From assembly GCA_963678315.1 (NCBI GenBank), contig OY782781.1:1792001-1856000 (forward strand): 64,000 nt of DNA. Direction: 5' to 3'. The first letter of the stretch is position 1. Each line of letters opens with the position of its first letter. Both the position numbers and the translations under genes were made by a program. This stretch comes from Candidatus Cloacimonadales bacterium (GTDB taxonomy: Bacteria; Cloacimonadota; Cloacimonadia; Cloacimonadales; JAFGVF01). Below the pieces are notes generated by a model, which saw only the letters and a program-made list of their open reading frames with translations, had not been told where the DNA came from and did no database searches. Positions 47,973-58,700 of this stretch are shown piece by piece.

Positions 47973-48944
47973 ATGAAGATTGGAATAGTTGGTGCAACTG
48001 GAGAAGTTGGACGCATGATGATTAAATGTCTAGAAGAATACGATGTGAAGATAGATGAACTAAAATTGTTTGCTACTAAGAAATCAGCAGGGCAATCATT
48101 ATATTTTAATGGTAATCAATATTTTGTAGAAGAATTACTAGAAGACTCAATGAAAGAAAATTATGATTATCTTTTATTCTCAGCAGGAAGTGATGTTTCT
48201 AAAAAGTATGCTAAAATTGCAGAAGAGAATGGAAATACAATAATTGATAATTCTTCTGCTTGGAGAAGAGATGAAGCAAAACCTTTAATTATACCTGAAA
48301 TTAACTCAGAAGTTATCGCTAGTTATAGCGGTATTATTGCTAATCCAAACTGTTCTACTATCCAGATGCTACTTAGCTTATACCCAATTCATAAAATAAA
48401 CCCTATTAAGAAGATTGTCGTATCAACATATCAATCAGTGTCAGGTAGTGGTAAAAAAGGGATTGAAGCCCTCTCAAGAGAAGAGATAGATAGGTATAAT
48501 GAAAGCTATTATAAAAAGCAAATACGGAATAATGTTATTCCTGAAATCGGAGACTATCTCGACAATGGTTACACTGAAGAAGAAGAAAAGATGAGATTTG
48601 AAACAAACAAGATTTTTGGAACAGACTCTATTAAAGTCTCTGCAACAGCAGTAAGAGTGCCAGTTGTTTATGGCCATTCTGAATCAATCTATGTTGAGTT
48701 AACAAATAAGTTACTCGCAGAAGATTGTAAGAATCTTTTCAGTGAAAATGACAGTGTAGTTTTACTAGAAAATGAAATAATTACACCTGTTGAACTTAAA
48801 AAAGATAATAATACTTATATCTGTAGACTGAGAAATGGAGTTGATGATTATTCACTAGCATTCTGGAATGTCGCAGATAATATTAGAGTAGGTGCTGCGA
48901 CTAATGCTGTGCGAATTCTTAAATACTTGATATCTCGAGGATAA
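47973..48944 (+). CDS. asd: Aspartate-semialdehyde dehydrogenase
   Basis: GATGEVG, IDNSSAWR, ANPNCSTIQ, STYQSVSGSG, RVPV..GHSE, DNIRVGAATNAV. Confidence 0.95.
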   Translation: MKIGIVGATGEVGRMMIKCLEEYDVKIDELKLFATKKSAGQSLYFNGNQYFVEELLEDSMKENYDYLLFSAGSDVSKKYAKIAEENGNTIIDNSSAWRRDEAKPLIIPEINSEVIASYSGIIANPNCSTIQMLLSLYPIHKINPIKKIVVSTYQSVSGSGKKGIEALSREEIDRYNESYYKKQIRNNVIPEIGDYLDNGYTEEEEKMRFETNKIFGTDSIKVSATAVRVPVVYGHSESIYVELTNKLLAEDCKNLFSENDSVVLLENEIITPVELKKDNNTYICRLRNGVDDYSLAFWNVADNIRVGAATNAVRILKYLISRG

Positions 48945-48945
48945 A

Positions 48946-50043
48946 ATGGATATATACAAGATTAGAGAAGATCTTCATAGGATTCCAGAGATAGGATTTG
49001 ATTTAGAAAAAACTTATAAATATATACTAGATTTATTCTTACATAAAGAAGAACTAGAAATAGTGAGCTTAGATTTTAATGCTATAGTAATATTCTACAA
49101 GAATGGCCTTGAAAAAGAATATTCTTTGTTTCGTGCTGATATGGATGCTTTACCAATAACAGAGGCTACTGGCATAGAATATCAATCATGTCATGACGGA
49201 GCAATGCATGCTTGTGGACATGATATTCATATGTCTGTATTAATTGGACTTATTGATAGAGTATTATCAGAGAAACCTCAAGAAAACTTGATATTTGTCT
49301 TTCAACCAGGTGAAGAAGGGCATGGGGGAGCACTGAAAATTATTGAAAGCGGTGTATTAGATGGATACAAAATCAAGCAATGCTATGCTTTGCATGTAGC
49401 TCCCAACATGGAAGTAGGAACTGTAGCTTCAAAAGCTGGAATAATCTTTGGGATTCCGCAAGAATTCGATGTTGTTTTTACAGGTCTTACCACTCATATA
49501 GCTTCTCCACAATTAGGCAAAGATGCGCTACTTGCAGGAGTACAATTCTATTCTACAATGAAACAACTAGTTCCCCAAACAATTAATCCGATAGAACCCA
49601 CTGTTTTCCAAATAGGAAAAGCTGAGGCTGGAGTAGTAAGAAATTCAATTGCTGAAACATGTTTATTCCAAGGGACCCATAGAACATTAACTAAAGAAAA
49701 TAGAGATATATTAAATAATCTGATGAAAGAAGTAGCTGAAGGAACAGCCAAATCACATGGGCTCAAAGCAGAAGTAAAACTTTTAGGTACATTTGACCCA
49801 GTAGTAAATGACCAAGATTTATATAAAAGATTTAAAGATATCATTACTAGTAGTCAATACAAGTTTCAAGAATGTGACTTCACAATGACAGGAGAAGATT
49901 TTGGTTTCTTTACTAGCTACTACAAAGGGCTTTTATTCTGGTTGGGATCAGGAGACTTTAACAACGGACTACACTCTTCAAAGTTTCTACCTAAAAAGGA
50001 AGCAATCAAAGTGGGAATTGATATAATGTGGAGTCTAATTTAA
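48946..50043 (+). CDS. M20 amidohydrolase (N-acetyl-diaminopimelate deacetylase-like)
   Basis: LHRIPE, FRADMDALP, MHACGHD, FQPGEEG, MTGEDFG, LH. Confidence 0.85.
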   Translation: MDIYKIREDLHRIPEIGFDLEKTYKYILDLFLHKEELEIVSLDFNAIVIFYKNGLEKEYSLFRADMDALPITEATGIEYQSCHDGAMHACGHDIHMSVLIGLIDRVLSEKPQENLIFVFQPGEEGHGGALKIIESGVLDGYKIKQCYALHVAPNMEVGTVASKAGIIFGIPQEFDVVFTGLTTHIASPQLGKDALLAGVQFYSTMKQLVPQTINPIEPTVFQIGKAEAGVVRNSIAETCLFQGTHRTLTKENRDILNNLMKEVAEGTAKSHGLKAEVKLLGTFDPVVNDQDLYKRFKDIITSSQYKFQECDFTMTGEDFGFFTSYYKGLLFWLGSGDFNNGLHSSKFLPKKEAIKVGIDIMWSLI

Positions 50044-50081
50044 TTAAATAATAAAAATAAATAACAATAAATGAGGAAGAA

Positions 50082-51116
50082 ATGTCAAAAAGTTTTGGAA
50101 GTGATAATCACTCAGGAGTGCATCCTAATATATTAAGAGCAATTGAAAAGGCAAATGTCGGTCATACTCATTCTTATGGTGATGATGTTTATACAGAAAC
50201 AGCGATTGCTAAGCTAAAAGAATTCTTTGGAGATAACATTGATGTATATTTTGTCTTAACTGGGACAGGTGCTAATGTTTTATCTTTGTTAAATTATCTC
50301 AAGCCATTTGAAGCTGTAATATGTGCAGAGTCTGCTCATATCAATGTAGATGAATGTGGAGCACCTGAACATTTTACAGGTTCAAAGCTAATAACTATTC
50401 CTACTGAAGATGGAAAGTTAACTCCTGAACTTATAGAAAAGGCAATTTTTGGTGTTAGAGATGAACATCATGTTCAAGCTAGACTTGTTTCAATAGCTGA
50501 AGTTACCGAACTCGGAACATTATATAGTCCCCAAGAGATTAAAGCAATATGTGATTTTGCACATTCAAAAGGCTTATATGTTCATCTTGATGGGGCTAGA
50601 TTAGCTAATGCTTGCGTTTCTTTAGGATGTTCTTTTAGAGATATTACTCTTGATGCAGGAATAGATATAATGTCATTTGGTGGAACCAAGAATGGTATGA
50701 TGTTAGGAGAATCAATAATTTCATTTAGGCCTGAATTATCAACTAATATGAAATATCTAAGAAAAATGGCTATGCAACTTTATTCTAAGATGAGATACGT
50801 AGCTGCTCAGTTTACTGAATATCTTTCTAATGACTTATGGTATGAAAATGCTAAAAATGCTAATAATATGGCTAAATATTTGTATGATGAACTTAGTAAG
50901 ATCCCAGAAGTAAAACTTACTCAGAAAATATATGCTAATGCAATCTTTGCCCTAATTCCAAATGAATTAATAGAAACACTTAGAGATGAATATTTCTTCT
51001 ATACTTGGGATGAATTCACTGGTGAAATTAGATTAATGTGCTCTTTTGATACTACAAAAGAAGATGTTGATGGCTTAGTTAAATATCTTAAAGAACTTCT
51101 TGCAAAGAGGATTTAA
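50082..51116 (+). CDS. ltaE: Low-specificity L-threonine aldolase (PLP)
   Basis: FGSDN, YGDD, TGTGAN, HINVDECGAPE, HLDGARLANA, SFGGTKNG. Confidence 0.9.
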   Translation: MSKSFGSDNHSGVHPNILRAIEKANVGHTHSYGDDVYTETAIAKLKEFFGDNIDVYFVLTGTGANVLSLLNYLKPFEAVICAESAHINVDECGAPEHFTGSKLITIPTEDGKLTPELIEKAIFGVRDEHHVQARLVSIAEVTELGTLYSPQEIKAICDFAHSKGLYVHLDGARLANACVSLGCSFRDITLDAGIDIMSFGGTKNGMMLGESIISFRPELSTNMKYLRKMAMQLYSKMRYVAAQFTEYLSNDLWYENAKNANNMAKYLYDELSKIPEVKLTQKIYANAIFALIPNELIETLRDEYFFYTWDEFTGEIRLMCSFDTTKEDVDGLVKYLKELLAKRI

Positions 51117-51896
51117 GTGCTGAAAATAAAGAATATAAGAAACATAATTCAATCTTTAGGTATCTTGTTTATAGTTTACTTAGTGATTGCTACTTTTATG
51201 GGAAAAGGGCTTAATCTTCATAGGTTATGCCCTTATTCTGTAGTTTGCTTTGGTGTTTCATCCTTCATAGGTAAACTATCTATTAGTCCTTTCATGATAG
51301 TTTTTGCTGCAAGTTCAATTATATTACTACTTACTCTCTTTCTAGGACGTTTCTTTTGTGGATGGCTATGTCCTCTAGGTACTATCCAAGAGTTTTTATT
51401 CAAGATTGGTAAAAAGAAGAAACTTAGTAATCAAAACAAATATGATAGTTTTCATCGAATAATGTCTAAAGTGAAATACCTGATTCTGCTAGCTCATATT
51501 GTATTAGCCTACAATATGGTGAATTATATTTTTATAAATAAATGCCCAATCATTGCTGTTGCCAACTTTAAACTCTTAGGAGGGATTGCCCTTAATGTGA
51601 TATTAATATTGCTTGCTTCTCTCTTTATAGAAAGATTCTTTTGTAGATATATCTGCCCTTATGCAGCTCTGATGAATATTATGCAATTTATTGGCAAGGT
51701 GCTAAGAATACCAAGACTCAAAATCACAGTGAATAAAGAAGCTTGTGTTGATTGTAAAATATGTAATAAAAGTTGTCCAATGCAGATAGATATTAGTAAA
51801 AAAGCAGTTATTAATGATCCTAACTGTATCATTTGTGGAAGATGTAAAACAGCTTGCCCTAAAGAAGATGGCATTAGCTTTAAAATAAAGAAGTAG
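51117..51896 (+). CDS. NapH/YccM-like 4Fe-4S membrane protein
   Basis: GRFFCGWLCPLG, ERFFCRYICPY, C-terminal CxxCxxCxxxCP pair; GTG start. Confidence 0.85.
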   Translation: MLKIKNIRNIIQSLGILFIVYLVIATFMGKGLNLHRLCPYSVVCFGVSSFIGKLSISPFMIVFAASSIILLLTLFLGRFFCGWLCPLGTIQEFLFKIGKKKKLSNQNKYDSFHRIMSKVKYLILLAHIVLAYNMVNYIFINKCPIIAVANFKLLGGIALNVILILLASLFIERFFCRYICPYAALMNIMQFIGKVLRIPRLKITVNKEACVDCKICNKSCPMQIDISKKAVINDPNCIICGRCKTACPKEDGISFKIKK

Positions 51897-51899
51897 AAT

Positions 51900-52478
51900 A
51901 TGAAAAAAAATAAATCAAAAGTAATTATAGCTATTTTAATTATTGTAATTGGAGTTATTTCTATAAGCAAAGTAATTAGTCCTAAAGGCCTTTATACAGT
52001 TAATAGTGTTAGATGTATTGGCTGTGAAGAGTGTGTTTCTGTTTGTCCTGTTAATGCAATAAGTGTGGTTAATGGTAAAGCTCTTATTGACCAAGAAAAA
52101 TGTGTTCATTGTGGAATGTGTTTCAATGGAAATGGGCGAGATTATGAAGGATGTCCGGTAAATGCGATAGTATTTAATGATACATTAACTAGTTCTTCTC
52201 TTGAAGCTACAGAGGTGGAAGAGAAACAATATACTTCTGTTAGTTCAGAAGAGAATGCTACAAAACAAGATTCAATTTATGTAGTTTTACCTCAGCAATG
52301 TATTGGATGCCAATTGTGTGTTTCCAACTGTCCTGTTAATGCAATTGAAATGGTTGATGGCAAGGCTGTTATTGACCAAGAGAAGTGTATTCAATGTGGA
52401 ATATGCATTAACGGAAATGGTGAATTCAATGGTTGTCCAGTGCAAGCAATAATTAAGGAGCAAGATACTAAGAAATGA
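51900..52478 (+). CDS. Membrane-anchored polyferredoxin with two duplicated 2x[4Fe-4S] modules
   Basis: N-terminal basic + hydrophobic helix; CIGCEECVSVCP/CVHCGMC and CIGCQLCVSNCP/CIQCGIC repeats. Confidence 0.85.
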   Translation: MKKNKSKVIIAILIIVIGVISISKVISPKGLYTVNSVRCIGCEECVSVCPVNAISVVNGKALIDQEKCVHCGMCFNGNGRDYEGCPVNAIVFNDTLTSSSLEATEVEEKQYTSVSSEENATKQDSIYVVLPQQCIGCQLCVSNCPVNAIEMVDGKAVIDQEKCIQCGICINGNGEFNGCPVQAIIKEQDTKK

Positions 52479-53281
52479 GAGATGTAACAGTAGTTCTAGG
52501 TGGTGGTGCAGCATTAGGATATGCTCATATCGGTGTATTATCAGTCTTGGAAAAGTATTTCAATATAACCCGTATCATCGGAACTAGTATGGGCTCTTTG
52601 GTAGGTTGTCTTTACGCTTATGGGCTCAGTCCAAAAGAAATAGAAGCTTTTGCAAAGACTTTTAAATATCTTGATGTAATTAATCCTCTGAACATAGATA
52701 TCAAGTTTCAAGGCTTGATAGATGGATCATTTATAGAAAAGAAGCTTAATGAGAAGATAAGTAAAGCAAAGATTGAAGATTTGAAGATTGATTTCTCTGC
52801 TGTAGCATTTGATTTAAATTCTAAGAAGACAATTATCTTTGACCAAGGAAATGTAGCAACAGCATGTAGAGCTTCATCTTCAATTCCTTATATCTTTAAT
52901 CCTGTTAAAATGGATAGCATGAGTTTAGTTGATGGAGGAATTGAATACCCTCTACCAATACTAGATATTTCCGAAAATGAGTATGTAATCGCTGTAAATG
53001 TTCTACCTGCAGTGCAAATGGATATTGTTAAAAAGTCAATGCACCAAGATAAATCGGTTAGTAAGGATAAAACAAAGCGTTGGTATGATATAATTATTGA
53101 AGCTATCAATGCTAATCAATCATTTCTAGTAAAGCAAATCGTAAAAGATAGCAAGATTGATATCTACATAGATTGCAATGTTAATACAATAATGCCAACA
53201 GCATTTAACAAGTTAAAAGACATTAAAGAGATAGGGAAGAAGGCAACTGAGAATAAACTAAAAGAACTTAATATTTTCTAA
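52475..53281 (+). CDS. Patatin-like phospholipase (RssA/NTE-like)
   Basis: GGGAALG, GTSMG, ASSSIP, DGG. Confidence 0.9.
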   Translation: MRDVTVVLGGGAALGYAHIGVLSVLEKYFNITRIIGTSMGSLVGCLYAYGLSPKEIEAFAKTFKYLDVINPLNIDIKFQGLIDGSFIEKKLNEKISKAKIEDLKIDFSAVAFDLNSKKTIIFDQGNVATACRASSSIPYIFNPVKMDSMSLVDGGIEYPLPILDISENEYVIAVNVLPAVQMDIVKKSMHQDKSVSKDKTKRWYDIIIEAINANQSFLVKQIVKDSKIDIYIDCNVNTIMPTAFNKLKDIKEIGKKATENKLKELNIF

Positions 53282-55703
53282 GTAAGTCTTGTAATTCAAT
53301 TATATCAATTGGTTTAGCTATATAGTCATTCATTCCGTGTTTTAAACAATTCTCTTTATCTCCCTGCATAGCATTAGCTGTCATTGCAACGATAATTACT
53401 TCTTCATTAGAGAGTTTTTCTCGAATATATGAAGATGTTGCAAGCCCATCCATTATAGGCATTTGAATATCCATGAAGATTATATCATAAGTCTTCTTAA
53501 GCATAAGCTCTATAACATCATTTCCATTTTCAGCTAAATCAATAGTATAGCCCATTCTATTAAGTAGTTTTTTTGCAAGTTTCTGATTAATCTTGTTATC
53601 TTCAGCAAGAAGAATAGTATGTGGGTGACTACTGGCTAAATCTCTATCAATTCTATTACTAGTCTTTCTTATTACTTGGTCTTTAGTGTTCTTTGCAATC
53701 AGTTTGCTACTTAAGAAAGATTGCTTGAAAGGATTATTCAGAAGAAGGCTTATAAATTCAGGACAATCTTTATAAGCATCTGGAACGTTATATAAAGCAA
53801 TCTTGTTAATATTAGAATTTGTTTTGAGTTGCTGCAGTAGCTCATTGTTGAAGTTCATGAATATATCAAAAGAAATAAAGAGCATGTCAATGTCCGTCAT
53901 CTTAGAATTCTGTAGTTGGAGATAACTGCTATAAATAGAAATGTTCTTAAAGTAAGGATGTAAATTATTCACTAACATTCCACAAGAATGCTCATCTTTA
54001 TCAATAACTATGGCATTAGTAAAGATCTCTTTTGTAGTAGCTCTCTTTATTTGCTTATTAGTTTTCATTTTAATTGTAAAATGGAATTCAGAACCTATGT
54101 TTGGACTACTATCAACCCATATCTTTCCACCCATTAATTCAGTTAATGACTTAGATATAGCTAAGCCTAACCCAGTACCACCATACTTTCGGCTAACTGA
54201 GGAATCTACTTGAGAGAAAACTCTAAATAGCTTGGATATTTTCTCTGAAGATATTCCTACTCCTGTATCTTTAACATCAAATCGCAATATTTGTTCACTT
54301 TTATTATCGCAATTGTCAATGCAAGATACTGTGATATAAATTCCACCTGAATGAGTAAATTTGATAGCATTATTTATAAGATTAACCAAGATCTGTTTTA
54401 ATTTACTTACATCTCCCAAGAATTCTTCAGATAAGTTTTGATTAATATGATACATTAAATTTAGACCTTTGTCGTTAACTTTAGTTCTTAATAAATCAAA
54501 TACTTCATCAAGAGTTTTGCTTAAACTGAAATTAGTAAAATCAAGTTCCATTTTTCCTGATTCTATCTTAGAAAAATCTAGTATATCGTTGATTATGTTT
54601 AGAAGAGAATATCCACTAATCTGGATAGTTGAGACATAATCTTCTTGTTCCGGTGTAAGTAAAGTATCGCCTAGAAGTTCAGTCATACCGATAACTCCAT
54701 TCATCGGTGTTCTAATTTCATGACTCATAGTCGCTAAGAAATCAGCTTTAGCTCTTGTTGCTGCTTCAGCTTTATCCCTTGCATCAATAAGGGCAATCTT
54801 TTGTTCAATCAAGGTGGTATTATCAATAAAAGAGAATATAACTCTTTCGTAGCGAAGACCTTCTGTAGGAACTTCAACCCATCTAACTGATAGCTGCATC
54901 ATCTCTTTGTGTAAGTTATACATAATTGTATCACTTTCATAGCTTGAATGGCCACTAGCTAAAGCAACCATTTCATCGATTAAGAAGTTGTAGAATTCTT
55001 TTGAGACTATCTTATCTATGTTACTGTACAAATCATTCATATTGTTAGCTTTAAATAAATCTAATAGAGCTTGATTTAAATCTAGAAACTTAGCTTTATT
55101 CGTAATATCAATCAACTTTTCATGATTATCTTTGAAGTAGGCTTTTAAGTCGTTTATTCCACTACGTTTTAAGTCTAAAAGCGCAGTGTATACTTCTGAA
55201 AAATCTCTTTCCCACAGTCCAATAGGGGTTGATTGAAAAATCGTTTGATATCTTTTATTGCTTATTTCAAAGCTTCTCGCAATTTTGGTTCTGATAGCAA
55301 GTTCTCTTTCTACTTCTTTCTTTTTGCTAACGAGTTCTAAGAATAACTTAACTTTACCAGTAAGGATTTGCGGAACTATTGGTTTAGTTAGGAAATCAAT
55401 TCCTCCCGACTCAACTCCTTTAATTTTGTAGAAATCATCAGAATAAATAGCTGAGATGAATATCACTGGGATATCTTTAGTTTTCTTTAATGATTTCATG
55501 TATTTGACCATTTCAAATCCATCCATCCCAGGCATTTGAACATCTGTAATAATTAGTGAAATATCTCTTTCTAATGCTATATTTAAAGCTTGCTCACCTG
55601 AAGTTGCTCTCAGGATGCTAGCATCAAACTTCTTTAAAACAGTTTCAAGAGCAATTAGATTTGCTACTTTATCATCAACTATTAGTATTTTTGGTCTATA
55701 CAT
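53268..55703 (-). CDS. Hybrid histidine kinase (REC-PAS-HisKA-HATPase-degenerate REC-REC)
   Basis: ILIVDD...DVQMPGMDG; FLATMSHEIRTPMN; NAIKFT; DTGVG; GGTGLGL; MDIQMP. Confidence 0.93.
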   Translation of the reverse strand: MYRPKILIVDDKVANLIALETVLKKFDASILRATSGEQALNIALERDISLIITDVQMPGMDGFEMVKYMKSLKKTKDIPVIFISAIYSDDFYKIKGVESGGIDFLTKPIVPQILTGKVKLFLELVSKKKEVERELAIRTKIARSFEISNKRYQTIFQSTPIGLWERDFSEVYTALLDLKRSGINDLKAYFKDNHEKLIDITNKAKFLDLNQALLDLFKANNMNDLYSNIDKIVSKEFYNFLIDEMVALASGHSSYESDTIMYNLHKEMMQLSVRWVEVPTEGLRYERVIFSFIDNTTLIEQKIALIDARDKAEAATRAKADFLATMSHEIRTPMNGVIGMTELLGDTLLTPEQEDYVSTIQISGYSLLNIINDILDFSKIESGKMELDFTNFSLSKTLDEVFDLLRTKVNDKGLNLMYHINQNLSEEFLGDVSKLKQILVNLINNAIKFTHSGGIYITVSCIDNCDNKSEQILRFDVKDTGVGISSEKISKLFRVFSQVDSSVSRKYGGTGLGLAISKSLTELMGGKIWVDSSPNIGSEFHFTIKMKTNKQIKRATTKEIFTNAIVIDKDEHSCGMLVNNLHPYFKNISIYSSYLQLQNSKMTDIDMLFISFDIFMNFNNELLQQLKTNSNINKIALYNVPDAYKDCPEFISLLLNNPFKQSFLSSKLIAKNTKDQVIRKTSNRIDRDLASSHPHTILLAEDNKINQKLAKKLLNRMGYTIDLAENGNDVIELMLKKTYDIIFMDIQMPIMDGLATSSYIREKLSNEEVIIVAMTANAMQGDKENCLKHGMNDYIAKPIDIIELQDLLRKY

Positions 55704-55710
55704 GTGTCTC

Positions 55711-58700
55711 CTAACTCAACCAAACTCTTAATGTTGATAGTAGTTTATCAACATCCAGAGGTTTTGCTAAATAATCACTAGCGCCAGCATTTAAAAATCT
55801 TTCTTTATCACCTTTCATTGCTTTTGCTGTCAAAACAATTATTGGAAGATTCTTAAATCTATTAATTTGTCTAATCTTTTTAGTTGCTTCTTCACCATCC
55901 ATCACTGGCATCATAATATCCATAAGTACTATATCAAAATCATCTTCTTGGTCCAAGATATCTAAAGCTTTTTGACCATTTACCGCTGTATTGACATTCA
56001 TATCTCTGCTTTCGAGAACATGAGATACTGCAAAAATATTTCTAATGTCATCATCAACAACAAGGATCTTTTTACCTTTAAGAGGTTTGTCTTTATCGGT
56101 TTTCATACTTACTGTTGGAATTGAATTATTATTTGTATCTTCTTTCTTAATTTTTGATATGTTATTAATCTCGTCTATAACTCTTTCAGATGATTTTCCA
56201 CCTTTCACGATAATTGATTTTATCTTAGTATTTAAATCAAATTTTACAGATGGAATATTGTCATTATCACAGAATACAATAATTGAAGGTATATCATCTT
56301 TAGTTTTTGTAAGTATTTTATCAAGTTCTTCAAAGGAGTTGACTTTATTATCTATATTAATCAATATAAAGTTGCAAGCATCGATTATCTTTTCATCAAG
56401 TAAGGCACTAAGTTTATCTGTATATTCAATATGAAGATTATTTAAGTCTCCGATTTCAGATAGCTCATTGTTAAGAGAGTTCTTTTCTCCAATTACTAGT
56501 ATATGAGAAGATGTTTGATTGTTATCTTTTGTGACATTCTGGAAGAAATTAATTAAGTTGTTTTTATCTATTGGCTTGTTTAAAACACCGAAAACTGGAA
56601 AGGCTAGATTTTCTTCATCTATATCATTTGCAGACATAATTTGCACAGGTATAGATTCAAGTTCTTTATCCTTCTTTAAGTTGCTAAGAATTTCCCAGCC
56701 ATCCATTCCTGGTAGCATGATATCTAGTATTATAGCTCGTGGTTTAATTTCTTTAGCTAGCTTTAATCCTGATATACCTTCTGATGCGTGCACAAAAAGC
56801 AATTCTTGCTTATGACAGAACTGTTTCAAGATTTCGGCAAAGGTTAAATCATCTTCTATAGATAGTATCACTTTGTTAACATTCTCAGCGTTGATTAGTT
56901 TCCTATCATCATCAATATGAGGAGCTTGAACTACTGAATTCTCTTTTCCCTTCTTTTTTGTCTCTGTTTCAACATCATCTGTTTTAGGCATCTTTATTTT
57001 GCTTCTTGTTTTAATTTCATTAAGCATAACTTCATCATTTGGTTTGATTGGTAAAAGTAATCTAAAGGTTGTTCCTACATTTAGTTTACTTTCAAGGTAT
57101 ATTTCTCCTTTGAGTAGATGAGTTAGTTCTTTAGATATGGAAAGTCCTAAGCCTGTTCCACCATATTTTCTAGAAGTAGTTCCATCTGCTTGTTGGAAAG
57201 CTTCGAAGATTGCTTCTTGCTTCTCATTGGCTATTCCTATTCCTGTATCTGTAACTTTTATAACAATATAGTCTTTTAACTGGTCATTATTAGCAAAGAA
57301 TTCATCTTCATCTACACCTATTACATCGAGAGTAATTGATCCTTCATGAGTGAACTTAAATGAATTTGATAGAAGGTTTTTTATAATCTGACGCAATCTT
57401 TGTTGGTCTGTTACAATCTCAGAAGGTAAGTTTGGAGAACAAGCAGTTGTGAATTTAACACCTTTTTCTTCAGCAGTTCTATGGTAGATGCCATAAATAT
57501 TTGATAAGATGTCCTTAATGGAAACTTCTTCGAAGTCAACCGACATTTTTCCTGCTTCAACTTTGGATAAATCAAGTATATCATTAATTAAATCAAGTAA
57601 ATCTTTACCACTATTATGAATAATTGTAGCAGCTTCAATTTGGTCATCTGATAAGTTATTATCATTATTATCCGCTAAATCTTTAGATAATATTAGAAGA
57701 CTGTTGAGAGGTGTTCTTAGCTCATGACTCATGTTGGCTAAAAACTCAGATTTATATTTACTAGCTTGAGCTAGTTGCTTTGCTTTTATTTCAAGGATTT
57801 TTTTAGCTTCAGTTATCTCATCATTTTTTATCTGTATTTCTCTTTTCTTCTCTTCTAGATATTCAGTCTTTTCTTCAAGTGATATATTGGCTTCTTGTAG
57901 TTCATCTTGCTGTATTTTTAGTTTTTCACTGGTTGCTCTAAGCTCTTCAGTTTGTTCCTTTAATTCTTCATTTGCAACTCTTAATTCTTCCTGTTGAACT
58001 TGAAGCTCTTCAGCTTGTTGCTGGGTCATATCTAAGAGTATTTGCATTTTTTCTCTGGCAAAGCATGAATTAATACTTACGCCTAGACTATCAATTATTG
58101 ATTCTAAGAAAGAAACTTGTTTTTGGGTGAAGTTTGTAATAGACCCTATTTCTATAACACCTAGAACTTTATTTTCAAACTTAATTGGGATAACAATAAT
58201 GTTTTTAGGAGGAGTTTTTCCTAATCCGGAATTTATTGTAATGTAGTCTTTAGGAACATCGTGAAGAAGAATCATTTCTTTTTCCAAGAAGGCTTGCCCT
58301 ACTAATCCTTCACCAGGCCTGATTTTATTTGATACGTGATTCCTTGATGAGAAAGCATAAGAGCTGGTTAGTTGTAATATATTTCTATCTGATTCTGAGA
58401 TTAGATATATTGCCCCTATTTGGGCATCTATGTATTTAACTAGAAAGGTTATTGCATTCTTGGTTAAATCATGGTGGCTTATTTCTCCTCTAAGGTTTTC
58501 TAAAAGTAGTGTTTCACCTGTTTTATACCAGTTTTTTAATTCAACTTCTTCTGTTCTTTCTTCAATTTCTTTTTGATTTTTTACACTTTCAGATATATCA
58601 CTAATGTTTTCAACAACTCCAATTACATTATCATCTAAATCTTTTAGAGCTACGCCAGTTATAAATATATCAGAAACACTACCATTATTCATATCGGTTT

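Noticed and set aside
53268..53281. 14-bp convergent overlap of patatin and kinase stop regions
   Set aside because: Short tail-to-tail overlaps are ordinary in compact AT-rich genomes.
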